Positions 13,447-26,599 of a DNA stretch of 64,000 nucleotides are shown here, one piece after another. The notes under the pieces were generated by a model. It was not told the DNA's origin. It ran no database searches and saw only the letters and a program-made list of their open reading frames with translations. Source of the stretch: Octopus vulgaris (taxonomy: Eukaryota). The DNA is taken from NCBI GenBank assembly GCA_951406725.2, contig OX597826.1, forward strand, positions 67,952,001-68,016,000, in the 5' to 3' direction. Made by a program: the position numbers and the translations under genes. Within the stretch, counting starts at the first letter, position 1. Each line of letters starts with the position of its first letter.

Positions 13447-14196
13447 ATTAGTTTTATCTATTCCCAACCTAACTATATCCATGCAGTTATCGATCCAAAT
13501 ATCGTCGGTACGGGTGGATGCACCGAGAATTTTGTAATAATGTATATTAAATTTGGAAGGTTCATTTGGAGAAAAACGGAATTACAGTAACGCAACAACA
13601 ACAACAACAATACCAATATCGCTATCATGAACAAGAAAACTAGCAAAAAAAACAAACAAATACCAAAATAAACAATACAGAAGTACAATAAGAACAACAA
13701 CAGCTCTGTGATTAACATCAAAATGTAGCAATATGAACAATAACAACATTAGCGAGTGAGGAATGGTGGGAGCTGTTGGTATATCTAATAATAACAATTG
13801 TAGCATCACTATTGATAACGAAAGCTGTAACGAATAGAATAGCTTCAACAACAGTTTCAAGAACCAATATAGAATCTAAGAAGAACAACGTTCGCTAACA
13901 GCTACGCAGTGCCGGAAAATAACAACAACAACAACAACGACAACAGTAACAATAAATAAATAGAACTATGAAAACTGAAATAAAATGATTAACAACTATG
14001 GCCGCAGCAATAGCAATAGTAGCAGCAGCAGCAGCAGCAGCAGTAGCAGGAGCAACAGCAATAATAGCAACATGAAGGAAAGGGATAGGGCAACAACAAG
14101 AAATGAATGTAAAATATTTAACGAAAGTTGCAACAGGAACAACAACAGGAATAACAAAATATAGGAATTATATCAATAATAATATTAATAATAATG

Positions 14197-14292
<96 letters not shown>

Positions 14293-14542
14293 TTGACAAT
14301 AATCATTTCGACTGGCAATTTTGGAGGAGAGGGTAAGTCCTAAAGATTCCGCTAATTCACTACCTTATTAACAATGGTCTTAAATTTTGGTACAAAGCCA
14401 GCAATTCCGATGAGTGGCTAAGTCGATTACGGACCCCCAACGGAATTTGAATTAAGAACATAGCGGTAGACGATCTCCTGATAAGCATTTTGACCGGTGT
14501 TCTAACGTTTGTGCCAGCTCGCAGCCTTCTTCTTAATAATGC

Positions 14543-14948
14543 TCTTTTACTCTTTTACTTGTAACTGTAGCCATGCTGGAGCACCGCCTTTAGTCGAGTA
14601 AATCGACTCTAGGATTTATTCTTTGTAAGCCTGGTACTTATTCTATCGGGCTCTTTTGCCGAACCGCTAAGTTACGGGGACGTAACACACCAGCATCTAT
14701 TGTCAAGCGATGTTGGGAGGGTCAAACACAGACACACAAACATATACGCGCGCACACACACACACATATATATATACATATATACAACGGGCTTCTTTCA
14801 GTTTCTGTCTGCCAAATCCACTCACAAGGCTTTGATCGGCCCGAGGAAATAGTAGAAGACACTTGTCCAAGGTGCCACACAGTGGGACTGAACATGGAAC
14901 CATGCGGTTGGGAAGCAAGCTACTTGCCACACAGTCACTTCTGCACCT
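14543..14948 (-). mobile_element. SINE family A
   Basis: Full head-to-tail match to other copies. Confidence 0.9.
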
Positions 14949-15164
14949 ATACTAACTGACTTTTTATAGTTTTCGCACGGAGCTAGTTTATTTGGTGGGA
15001 GCGAGCCACATTTACTCCAGTATTTGACTATGATTGTATTCTTGTCGACCATCAGATGATAAAAGGTAAGGTCGTAACGATGAAATCTAAACTAAGAAGG
15101 TAATTGCTCGGAAGAAATGTTGATTACATATTTTCTAGCGTACTAAGGATTTTGTCAGCACGCT

Positions 15165-15760
15165 GACTGAGCCCTTATATGCGCAGCTGAAGAAAATCGT
15201 TAAGGACTATGTGAAGTGCATAATCGACAACACTGCCGACAGCGAAAAATGCAGAATGTGTGGAGAGAGAAGTGAAACGGTATGGCACATCGTTAGCAAT
15301 TATCCGAAATTGGCACAAGGCGAATACAAACGACATGTGGCAAGTATGATCCCATGAAGGCTCTGTGTAAATCATGGGACTACAAAGAACGATGACGTGG
15401 TATGAGAAAATCCAGAAGGTGTCACCGGAGCATGACAGCTGCAAAATCCTGTTGGATAATGATTCAGTGTGATCACCCGACCAGGCATCGGAAACCGGAC
15501 ATTGCTGTGGCGAATAAAAAAGAAAGAACATGCATGATAATCGACATAGCATGCCCCGGTGACGACAGGATCAATGTGAAAGAAGAAGAAAAATTATATA
15601 ACTATGATGATTTGAAGTGGGAAATACTAAAGCTGTGGTCAATAAAGAGAGTAGACGTGATACCAATAGTAATTGGTGTACTTGGAAGTATCAGCACTTA
15701 ACTACCAGCATGGCTCAAAAAGATTGGTACAAATGTAAAAGTAGAGCACCTATAAAAATT
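15165..15760 (+). mobile_element. Dong/R4-clade non-LTR retrotransposon, zinc knuckle plus RLE endonuclease fragment (decayed)
   Basis: Translates CRMCGERSETVWHIVS..LAQGEYKR, then IQCDHPTRHRKPDIAVANKKERTCMIIDIACPGDDRINVKEEEKLYNYDDLKWEI..VIPIVIGVLG (PD..D RLE motif); frameshifted. Confidence 0.9.
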
Positions 15761-16330
15761 CTTTCAACTATAGGCACAAGGCCTGAAATTTTGGTGAGAG
15801 GGGCAGTTGATTAGATCGACCCCAGTACGCAACTGGTACTTATTTTATCAACCCCCTCCACCCACCGCAAAGGATGAAAGGTAAAGTCGACTTCGGTAGA
15901 ATTTGAACTCAGAACTTAAAAGAACTCCGACGAAAATCAGCATTGCTTGGAACTGCAAGTATTCTTCGCAGTGTTCTTGAAGCACGACCAGTAGACAAGT
16001 GTCACCTTTAATCTGCTGCCTGTGGACAGCTGACACTTTCCACCGTACCCAGCAAAACAAGCTGTGAATTTTTATCAAACACCACCACCACCAACAACAA
16101 CAACACCAACAACAATAATAATAATAATTTTTCAAAATTTGGCACAAAGCCAGCAATTTCGAAGGAATTGTGTAAGTCGATTACATCGATGAAAGTGTAC
16201 GTCATCCAAAAGGATGAAAACCAAAGTCGTCCACGATAGTATTTGAACTTAGAATATTAAAGTGCCGGAAGATACGTTGTAAAATATTTTGTCCGGCTCT
16301 CTAACAATTCTTCTTACTAACCCCTCTATT
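15760..16330 (-). mobile_element. Two degenerate SINE B copies (15760-15950, 16130-16330)
   Basis: AAAGGATGAAAGG.AAAGTCGAC.TCGG..GAATTTGAACTCAGAA core. Confidence 0.8.
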
Positions 16331-16769
16331 AACAATCAAAATAATAACCACAGTAAGGATATTGCGAACAAGAAGAATAACAAGACGAATAGAAAACAGC
16401 AGCAGTAAATACACAGCAACGGCAACAACAACAACAACAGCAATAAATAAATGTTAATACGAATAAGAGTAAATGAACAATATCAATAATAAAGAATAAC
16501 AAGAGTAAATAAACTACTCAGAAACAACAGGAAGAAAGAAAAGACGAAATAACAACAACAAGAATGACAACATAAATATACAATAATGATGACAGCAGGA
16601 AAATACAAATACTAACAACAGCAGAAATGAAAACAATGCTAATCGTAAATAATAGACTACGACTGCAGATAGTCTTAAATAACAGCCATGGCAAATGCAG
16701 AAGCAACGAAAGTAATCATAAGATGAACAAAAATGGCGGACATGATAATAGTGTCGCAGCGAATACTGC

Positions 16770-17966
16770 AATACCTATTTCTTTATTACCCACAAGGGCT
16801 AAACACGGAGGGGGACAAACAAGAATACTGCAATACCTATTTCTTTATTACCCACAAGGGCTAAACACGGAGGGGACAAACAAGGACAGACATAGGTATT
16901 AAGTCGATTACATCGACCCCCAGTGCGTAACTGGTACTTAATTTATCGACACCGAAAGGATGAAAGGCAAAGTCGACCTCGGCGGAATTTGAACTCAGAA
17001 CGTAACGGCAGATGAAATACCTATTTCTTTATTACCCACAAGGGGCTAAACACAGAGGGGACAAACGAGGACAGACATAGGTATTAAGTCGATTACATCG
17101 ACCCCCAGTGCGTAACTGGTACTTAATTTATCGACCCCGAAAGGATGAAAGGCAAAGTCGACCTCGGCGGAATTTGAACTCAGAACGTAACGGCAGATGA
17201 AATACCTATTTCTTTATTACCCACAAGGGGCTAAACACAGAGTGGACAAACAAGGACAGACATAGGTATTAAGTCGATTACATCGACCCCCAGTGCGTAA
17301 CTGGTACTTAATTTATCGACCCCGAAAGGATGAAAGGCAAAGTCGACCTCGGCGGAATTTGAACTCAGAACGTAACGGCAGATGAAATACCTATTTCTTT
17401 ATTACCCACAAGGGGCTAAACACAGAGGGGACAAACAAGGACAGACATAGGTATGAAGTCGATTACATCGACCCCAGTGCGTAACTGGTACTTAATTTAT
17501 CGACCCCGAAAGGATGAAAGGCAAAGTCGACCTCGGCGGAATTTGAACTCAGAACGTAACGGCAGATGAAATACCTATTTCTTTATTACCCACAAGGGGC
17601 TAAACACAGAGGGGACAAACGAGGACAGACATAGGTATTAAGTCGATTACATCGACCCCAGTGCGTAACTGGTACTTAATACATCGACACCGAAAGGATG
17701 AAAGGCAAAGTCGACCTCGGCGGAATTTGAACTCAGAACGTAACGGCAGATGAAATACCTATTTCTTTATTACCCACAAGGGGCTAAACACAGAGGGGAC
17801 AAACAAGGACAGACATAGGTATTAAGTCGATTACATCGGCCCCAGTGCGTAACTGGTACTTAATTTATCGACACCGAAAGGATGAAAGGCAAAGTCGACC
17901 TCGGCGGAATTTGAACTCACAACGTAACGCAGACGAAATACCACTAAGCATTTCGCCCGGCGTGCT
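16770..17966 (-). mobile_element. Tandem array of SINE B (Meta-domain-like), six units of about 184 bp plus one head
   Basis: Unit starts AATACCTATTTCTTTATTACCCACAAG near 16832, 17016, 17201, 17386, 17570 and 17755; partial 62-bp duplicate at 16770; partial head only at 17936-17966. Central GCCTTTCATCCTTTCGGGGTCGATAAATTAAGTACCAG resembles the MetaSINE domain. Confidence 0.95.
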
Positions 17967-18531
17967 GCGCTGTATCAAGGACGTCAGCAGCACTGGTCTG
18001 ACACAACAGCAAAGGAGATAATGATTTTTGAAAATGACCCATGGTGGCACATTTGGTTTATGTACAGTTAATGAAAACAGTTCATTTTATATGACTGGCG
18101 ACTAATTTTGTTTATCCAAGAAGGCTGGAAGTTCTATGAAGAATATCTGTATGAGATTTGAACTTGAAACAACGAAGAGATATTATTTCGTATCAATGAT
18201 ATTTAGTTTAGAGTATGTTGATCTATAGAATTTTTAAAAGTCAGAATTCTGTAACACAAATAACCACAAACAAGGACCAGCACTTAGTGACGACAAGAGA
18301 AATGATAACATCATCATCATCATCATCATCATCATAATCTTCATCATCATCAACAACAACAACACTTACAACAACATTAACAAAAGCTCCAACAAACTTT
18401 TTAGTTCAAAGACAAGAACAACCTCAATACCATCAACAGGTAAAAGTAACAAGGATGGTAGTAACAACAAGGGTAATAGCAACAACATCAACGAATCTAA
18501 ATCGGACAAGCGAAGAAGACACAACATTGAG

Positions 18532-18598
<67 letters not shown>

Positions 18599-18715
18599 AT
18601 ACCCACACCACTCCCATCATCATCATCACAACTAACTATTATTGATAATGATAATATTGATGATAATGTTAATACATTCATAATAATAATAACAACAACA
18701 ATAATAATAATAATG

Positions 18716-18749
<34 letters not shown>

Positions 18750-19379
18750 CAACAACAGCAATAATAATAATAACATTAAGGATGATAATTATAATTACAA
18801 CCGTGATAAAAATGATTATTAACAATTCATCAATCTATCTTTTCTTTCCGTTCTTTTTCTTTCCTTTTTTTTTAACTATTTTTCAAGTTCTTTGGCTTTT
18901 CTTTCGATTTTTAGTTTTGCGTAAAGTTGTTTACTTTTTTTTTCTTTACCTTTAGTTTTCTTTGTTGTTGTTATATCGCCCAACCAATTTTCTATTGTTA
19001 TGATAACACTAATACCAGTTAAGCAGCAACAAAACAACAACAACAACAACAACAACAGCTGCAACATCATCATCAGCAGCAGCAGCAGTGTTAGTATTAG
19101 TATTAGTATTAGTCGTAGTAAAAAGTAGTAATGATAAAAGTGACGATAACCGTTCTAATAACGATGCTGACAACAACAAAAGCAGATGCCAGTGAAACAG
19201 CTACAACTCAGTGACTATAGATAACTACACGATGCGCCGAACATTTCGCTTCGTTGATAACGATCGCCCTGTATTTTAGCTGTGTCTTTCCTTTTTCATC
19301 AACTTTTTTCTCTATTCGATTATCTCATCTTTGGGAAATTCTCTTGAAACACCTATCTTTGCAATCTTTCCGTCTCCAG

Positions 19380-19394
19380 GCCAAAGTTTTCCAC
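19380..19394 (+). other. Candidate 15-nt microexon
   Basis: Long pyrimidine tract ending TCTTTCCGTCTCCAG|, then GCCAAAGTTTTCCAC|GTAAGA. Splice signals only. Confidence 0.25.
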
Positions 19395-20057
19395 GTAAGA
19401 CTTTTCGCGTACGTATTCACGTAGTAAAGACGAAATCGCATATTCGCACATATTCGCACACATTCACACATTCACATATTCACACAGAAACGCAGAGAAA
19501 CATATACATATACATAGACACATACGCAGAAGCGGCTCACGTTCATACAAAACAGGAATATATATTCACTCATGCATACGCATACATTCGTAAATGCACA
19601 AAATATACATGCATACTCACACATATATATATACTTGCATGCATACACACATACATAAAGACATAGATGCATACGTACAAATATATATAAATATATATAT
19701 ATATGTGTGTATATGCATATATATATATACACACATATATACATATATATACATACATATATATATATATACATATACATATACACACATATAAATATAT
19801 GTGTATGTATGTTTGGTTTTGTATATATATATATATATATGCGCATGTATACACTCATTGTTTATTTATTATATATATATATGTGTGTATGTGTCTATGT
19901 ATGTATGCATGTATATAGAGATAGATATGTAAGGATACATACACATATGGCTACATAAGTATGCATATATATGGAAACATACATATATACATATATCTAT
20001 TTCTATTTACTTATCTCTCTTACTGTCTCTCTGTCTCACTCTCTTTCTCCATATATG

Positions 20058-20102
<45 letters not shown>

Positions 20103-20672
20103 TGATAGAGCGAGAGAGTGAGGAAGAGAGAGAAATGCTTGAGATTTTCTTGGTTATAACAAATAATTGCAGGAGACTTGATAAAGAATGCAATGTTAGT
20201 TTACATCGTATTAGTTTGTAAGATATATATTTTCTATATTAAGTGTAATCTAAATTATTGATAGACATTCCATCGTCAATTATTCCAAATTGTCGAAATT
20301 ATGAGAGAAGACTTCATTCCGAAACACTTAGACATTCAGACGTTATTTTAGACGCAGATAAGAAATTTATAGATGATCATGATTGGTGTTAAGAGAAAAA
20401 TAAATAAAAATAAAAGAAATTATCAAAATATTGTGCACGGGTTTTTCAAAATTTCTAAGAATTTAAGAAACCTTAGTTGAGCAAAAGAGAGAACTGATAA
20501 TTCAAATAATATGAAAGCATTCTAAGAAAGGGACTATATTCAACTGGTAGTGAATTATTTTGTGCAAACACATGATTCACTTGCGAAGACGTATATTGTT
20601 AAAAAATCATAAAGAAGCCATGTTCTGAAATATGTGGCCATTCACAACTACTTCATTTTTAAGACAACTATA

Positions 20673-20829
20673 GGCGTAGGCGTGGCTGTGTGGGAAAACA
20701 TGTTTATTTCCCAACCACATGGTCCCCAGTTCAACTCCAATGAATGGTATGTTAGGCAAGTGTTTTGCACTATATTCTAGGGCCGGATAAAGCCTTGTGA
20801 GCAGAGCTGGTTGACGGTGACGTCCTGTG

Positions 20830-20884
<55 letters not shown>

Positions 20885-21090
20885 TTATTTATATTTATAT
20901 TTATATTTATGCGTGTGTATGTGTGCTTGTGTGTCTGTGTTTGTTCCACTAATATCGCTTGACAACCGATGCTGGTGTGTTTAGATCCAGTAACTTAGCG
21001 GATCGACAAAAGAGACCGATAGAATAAGCACTAAAGGCGGTGCTCCATCATGACCACAGTCAAATGACTGAATCAAATAAAAGAATAAAA
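20673..21090 (+). mobile_element. SINE family A, followed by a SINE B at 21110-21295
   Basis: GGCGTAGGCGTGGCTGTGTGG head, internal (TA)n, CAAATGACTGAA tail. Confidence 0.88.
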
Positions 21091-21860
21091 TATATGTATA
21101 TATCGTTTGAACACCAGGCAAAATGCTTAGCGGCATTTCATCTATCGCTATGTTCTGAGTTCAAATTCTGCTGAAAGTCGACTGCCTTTCGTCCTTTCGG
21201 GGTCAGTAAAATAAGTACCAGTTACACACTGGAGTTGATGTAATCGACTTAGCCCTTCCCCAAACATGCTGGCCTTGTGCCAAAATTTGAAACCACTATT
21301 ACAATAGTTCCTGATCTTCCAAACTAGCAGACTATGTGCTGAGCCCTGCTAGCTGTCTCTCCATCAGGCATTCTCTGATCATTGGACATGGTTGGCTTCT
21401 ATTCATCATGCTATGGAATCATTATGGGTTGGCTCAAGTCATTTCTGGTGAACACTGACACAAATATAAGTAAGCCTCACGGATAATTAACATACAGAAA
21501 TAATTAGTCTTGATCTTGCCTTAATTCCCAATATAAACTTGTTTCCTGATATTCTCAAAGCTTGCTTTCCTCGCTTTCGGGAAATGAGAAATGACAAAGA
21601 AATACCACCACAACTCACAGAAACACGAAGTCGGTGATTGATTCAGTTTCACCAAATTGTAATACAGAAAAACCTTCATTAAAATTACAATTTTTGAAAA
21701 TAACACGAGGAGTTTTCTTAGTAATTAAATATCAAATCACACATCACCAGTCACATCTTTGTATGTAACGTTGCCAGGCCTCAAATACATTTCACAGCCA
21801 AATATTTGTAAAAATTTGTCAGACAATTTCATGATGCACCTAAATATATCTGATGACACA

Positions 21861-22089
21861 GGCGGCGAGCTGGCAGACACGTTAGCGCGTCGGATGAAAT
21901 GCTTAGTGGTATTTCGTCTGTCGTTACGTTCTGAGTTCAAATTCCGCCGAGGTCGACTTTTCCTTTCATCCTTTCGGGTCGATAAATAAAGTACCAGTTT
22001 CGCACTGGGGTCGATGTAATCGACTTAATCCCTTTGTCTGTCCTTGTTTGTCCCCTCTATGTGTAGCCCCTTGTGGGCAATAATGAAAT
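21861..22089 (+). mobile_element. Full-length SINE B monomer with 17-bp target-site duplication
   Basis: Head GGCGGCGAGCTGGCAGA, B-box-like GAGTTCAAATTCC; flanked by ATATATCTGATGACACA (21844-21860) and ATATATCTGATTACACA (22090-22106). Confidence 0.95.
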
Positions 22090-22335
22090 ATATATCTGAT
22101 TACACAGTGTTTGGAAGATCTAGATTAACAAATCATTCAGTAACTTTAAAGGGTGAATCTCCTGTGGATTAGGAGGTTAGTCTGGTGCAGGCGGACAACA
22201 TTCCCTGGACCATCCTTTGTAGATATCAATCTGACAATTAAATCAGAACAAAACAAAGTATTAGGCCACAAAAAATACAGAGTGATTACTCACTGAAGGA
22301 TCTTTGTATGGGTTGGAAGTCCAATACCATATATG

Positions 22336-22411
<76 letters not shown>

Positions 22412-22414
22412 CGT

Positions 22415-22463
22415 ACAGCATTGGTTGTCAAACGATGGTGGAGTGACCAAACACAGACACACA

Positions 22464-22507
<44 letters not shown>

Positions 22508-22657
22508 CGGGCTTCATTCAGTTTTCGTGCACCAAATCCACTCCCAAACCTTGGTCGACTGGAGGCTGTAGTAGAAAACACTTGATCAAGGTATGACTGA
22601 ATCCTGAACCATGTGTTTGGTAAGCAAGGTATTTACTATACAGTCACTTCTGCACCT
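22415..22657 (-). mobile_element. Degenerate SINE A
   Basis: CAGCATTGGTTGTCAAACGATG..(TA)n..CCAAATCCACTC..ACCATGTGTTTGGTAAGCAAG. Confidence 0.8.
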
Positions 22658-23394
22658 ACAGGTAAAAAGATTGCTACCTTATATGTATATATACATAATC
22701 CTACGATATACTGATTTCCTTGTTGTCTACTTAATATGGCATTGTTCCTCAAAAACTCAACTTAATCTGTCTCATTTCTCTAGCTACTTCATTAAGTGAT
22801 TATTTTTATATGAACGTATCTTCCAAACGATATCTCATAACTATTGTTTTATTTTTTAATATACATTTTCTCTTTTAGTTCATACAACTTTTGTAATGTA
22901 TTAAATATCGACCTTTCTTATCGTATATTCTTCCTCATCATAATTTAAATATTTTGAATAACTACTTGCAGAATTCACTTTAGCAAGCAAAACTAATAAT
23001 AAAATTTGAGCGATACCCAATAACAAAAGAGCAAAATGGTCAAGATAAATTTAATATTCCTCCACTGATGTTACACCAGACTTAAACATCGTTCTTTATC
23101 GCGAACTGTAAGCAATATTTAATTTAAATATTTTAAGTATAATCATTTTTAAAACTTGGATAAAAATGTGCATTTATGTATAATATATGTATCTACACAC
23201 TCATAAACATACACAAACGTGTGTATGTGCATGTATCTGTGTGTGTCTGTGCAAGGTGTATAGATTGCTAAACGTATACTCGCCCGTTCACAGAAACTCT
23301 ACGCTCTTTATATGGAAATGAACAAGATACTAATTTCTTCAAAGAATCAACAAGAAACGACGCAGGAAACTAAGTGACCCGATAATTACTATGG

Positions 23395-23554
23395 ATGAGA
23401 AAACTACCTAAGTATTGGCATTTCATTATCGTTGTTGCATTTGATCATTTATGCTACAGCAACAAGAATTGTGCAGTCCGCTTCAAGCAAAATCAGTTTT
23501 ATCTCGGCGGTCTGCGATTATGTATAACAAAAGTTCTACCTCCTCAGCAGAAAG
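23395..23554 (+). CDS. Candidate coding exon of an unrecognised cysteine-rich protein (MRKLPKYWHFIIVVAFDHLCYSNKNCAVRFKQNQFYLGGLRLCITKVLPPQQK)
   Basis: Open frame in non-repetitive DNA ending at donor AAG|GTAACG (phase 1). Alternative acceptor ATGCTACAG| at 23460 keeps the same frame. Joins in frame to the exon at 26600. Confidence 0.5.
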
Positions 23555-23860
23555 GTAACGCGGGGCGAGCGAATCTATATGTGATGGATGTAGTAAGATG
23601 GTTAGGGAGATCTATGCGTCTAAATGATGTCAAATCCACCTCAAACTAACGTTGTTGAATATTGTCTTTCTGCTTGTAGCAATATGACCGATGGTAGTTG
23701 GATATCTTGCACGCAGTCGGCTGGAAATTCAATTACTAGCTAACTTGCAGTAACTGGTTACCTAAAGTCGTTGAAGAGCAAGCATGCTGAAATCACGTGG
23801 TCTAGCAGCTACATCACCGATACTAAATGCTTCTGCGCTTTGTTTGTTATATATATCTTT

Positions 23861-24238
23861 TCCACGGCACTCCGTCGGTTACGACGACGAGGGATCCACT
23901 TGATCCGATGAATGGAACAGCCTGCTCGTCAAATCAACGTACAAGTCGCTGAGCTTTCTACAGTCACGTGTACACTTAATTTAGTTCTCTTGGAAATTCA
24001 GCGTAACAGAACATGACAAGGCTGGCCCTTTTAAATACAGGTACAACAGAAACAAAAAAGTGAGAGAAAGTTGTGGTGAAAGAAATAAAGCAGGCTTCGC
24101 CACCAGCCCCCGCCAGAGCTTCGTGGAACTTCAAGTGTTTTCGCTCAATAAATACTCACAAAGACCGATCTGGGAATCGAAACCGCGATCCTATGACGGT
24201 GATTCCACTACCCTAACCACTAGGTCATTGTGCCTCCA
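23861..24238 (-). mobile_element. SINE family C, long form
   Basis: Minus-strand head GGAGGCACAATGACCTAGTGGTTAGGG and B-box GGTTTCGATTCCC; shares GTTTTCGCTCAATAAA and GTGAGA.AAAGTTGTGG with 6262-6514. Confidence 0.88.
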
Positions 24239-24599
24239 AATTTCTTATATAGACGTATAATGTTTCTTATCACTATACGTCCATATAAGGCGATATCCAA
24301 AGATGTATAACGCAGTAGTATGCCGTTGTAATAATATATCCATGTTAAGATATAATAGTTGGTATTCAGTATAAATACATTCATATATACATACATAGAC
24401 GCACACACACACAAACAAACATACACACGTACAAACGTACACACATACATATATACATATATACCTATGTACATATACACAGATATATAAGTATGAACGT
24501 ACATATGTACATAGATATATGCATATATATATATGTATATTGTTTTTGGATTTGGTTGGCAAGGTACTTTATATGAGTTCGTGTGTTGATGCATATTCT

Positions 24600-24792
24600 T
24601 TTTGTGCCTTAGAATGTAACACACTCACCGGTAAAATTTCCACTTATTTCTTATTTTAATTGTCCTAAAATTTCCTTTGCGTCTATAAAAGACAATTGCA
24701 AAGGTTGCAAACGCAAAGAAAATTTAGGAAAATAAAAATAAGAAATAAGTGGAAATTTTACCGGTGAGTGTGTTACATTATAAGGCATAAAA
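24600..24792. repeat. Foldback, arms of about 83 bp, loop of about 28 nt
   Basis: ATGTAACACACTCACCGGTAAAATTTCCACTTATTTCTTATTTT is exactly mirrored at about 24736-24779. Confidence 0.95.
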
Positions 24793-24824
24793 CTAACATG
24801 ACTCTCCCCAGACACAACAGAACA

Positions 24825-24865
<41 letters not shown>

Positions 24866-24867
<2 letters not shown>

Positions 24868-25020
24868 CGGGAAGGTTTACGAAAATAAACAAAAGACGAA
24901 GGCAGGTGGAGTACAAACAAACAAATGTATTAGTATGGCACTCAGGAATAGAAATAGAACAAGTCTTTTACATTTCGAGCCTACGCTCTTCGACAGAAAG
25001 ATACACTGAAAACAAAACAA
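24866..25020 (-). mobile_element. Short Penelope-like element (family P) with minimal hammerhead-like motif
   Basis: Abuts (TA)n; homologous to 34385-34570. Minus strand TCTTT-CTGTCGA-A-GAGC-gtag-GCTC-GAAA-TG-TA-AAAGA (25001 to 24964). Confidence 0.7.
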
Positions 25021-25954
25021 GCAGTCACCATTGCATACCAGCTACTGATGTTATCCAAGAGAAAGTCAACAGCCGATATATCTTTGCAACAATCACGATG
25101 CAACTCCTTTCTAACGCTGAGCGAAATGGAATAATCTAAAATATAGTTTGTTGCACAAGAACACAAGACACAACCCTGTCCGAAAATCAAGTTCACATCC
25201 TCATGTTTGTGAGCCGGACGCTCTAATCACTAAGCCATACGCCTTTACACACACGCACACACACATATGTATGTATGTATGTACGAACGTGCGTGTGAGT
25301 GTGTGTGTGTTTGTCTTTGGTTGTATAAAAATAAGTATGCAGTATTCCATCTGCATTCGTGTATATGCATAGGGGAGTGTGAAGACGTGGTGTCTTTTGG
25401 TGAGGACATGAGAAACACAATGGTAATTTCACATAGTTCGTTGACAACTCGAGTTCAGCCCTTCGTTCATGGCTGGTCTCGTGTACTTTTTCTGAAAACG
25501 AATAACAGCTCCACGTGCTATTGCTCGGTTAAGACTGACATACATGCCTCCTATTCAATATATATGTGTGTATGCCTGTATGTGATGACAAGCTGTGCTT
25601 TCTCTGTCACCTATACGTCGCCGACGCTTTATGAGCTTGGAGGTTGGTGACAGACATGAATATCCGTCTGTGCTTATTGGTGCCCGCTTGCATGTTTTTT
25701 CATACCTATGTTTGAATATACTCTACGTATCTATGTATGTGCATAAACACACAATCACATGTGCACGCACACACACACACAAACACACACTCAGAAACAC
25801 ACTTATATATGTCAGTATATATATATATATACATATAAGAATCAATGAATAGTTATACATTCACCTCTCGCCCTCTCGCCTACTGTAAGTCTGTTTCTTT
25901 CACTTTCTCGCTATATACGCATATACATACATACGTATACATATATATATATAT

Positions 25955-26011
<57 letters not shown>

Positions 26012-26033
26012 CATACACACACATATATATATA

Positions 26034-26064
<31 letters not shown>

Positions 26065-26069
<5 letters not shown>

Positions 26070-26265
26070 TGATCCAAACATGAAAACACAAAAACGCGAG
26101 GACGTGGAACAAGTATACTGTTATTGGACGCTCAGTAAATGAAAGAAAGAAGGAGGATTTAACGTTTCGAGTGGAGCTCTTCGTCAGAATCATAGAAAAA
26201 GGAAAGATCTTAGGAAGGGAAGAGGGATGTAAAAAACTGTCAACGATTCATACGCGATCACATAT
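26065..26265 (-). mobile_element. Short Penelope-like element (family Q) with minimal hammerhead motif
   Basis: Abuts (TA)n; homologous to 34683-34900. Minus strand GATT-CTGACGA-A-GAG-ctcca-CTC-GAAACGTT-AAATC (26191 to 26156). Confidence 0.75.
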
Positions 26266-26599
26266 ATGTGCGTATACATGTATATATATATGTTTATGTA
26301 TACATGTGTATATACGTATATAATAATGTATATATATACATGTATATATCTATATATATATATATATGTATATATATTTGTACCTATGTACGTACATTTT
26401 CATCCACCTATATCTGTGTGTACGTACGTATATGCGTTTGATTATGTGTACAGATAGATGCATAAAGTTGCTCCATTGTTCTTTACGTGCATAAACAAAC
26501 TATGGACGTGTACAGTGTAGACTGGCGATTAACTCTTTACTGTTTTATGTGGGAAAGCAAGTCACTGCTTGTTTCAATCCATATTATTTTAACGCTCAG

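Noticed and set aside
12809-13451. Poly-Asp/Met/Ile ORFs resembling acidic biomineralisation proteins
   Set aside because: Frames on both strands are open because of (CAT)n; no signal peptide or splice context.
16770-17966. CRISPR-like periodic array
   Set aside because: Whole units repeat with no unique spacers; the unit is a SINE body; eukaryotic context and no cas genes.
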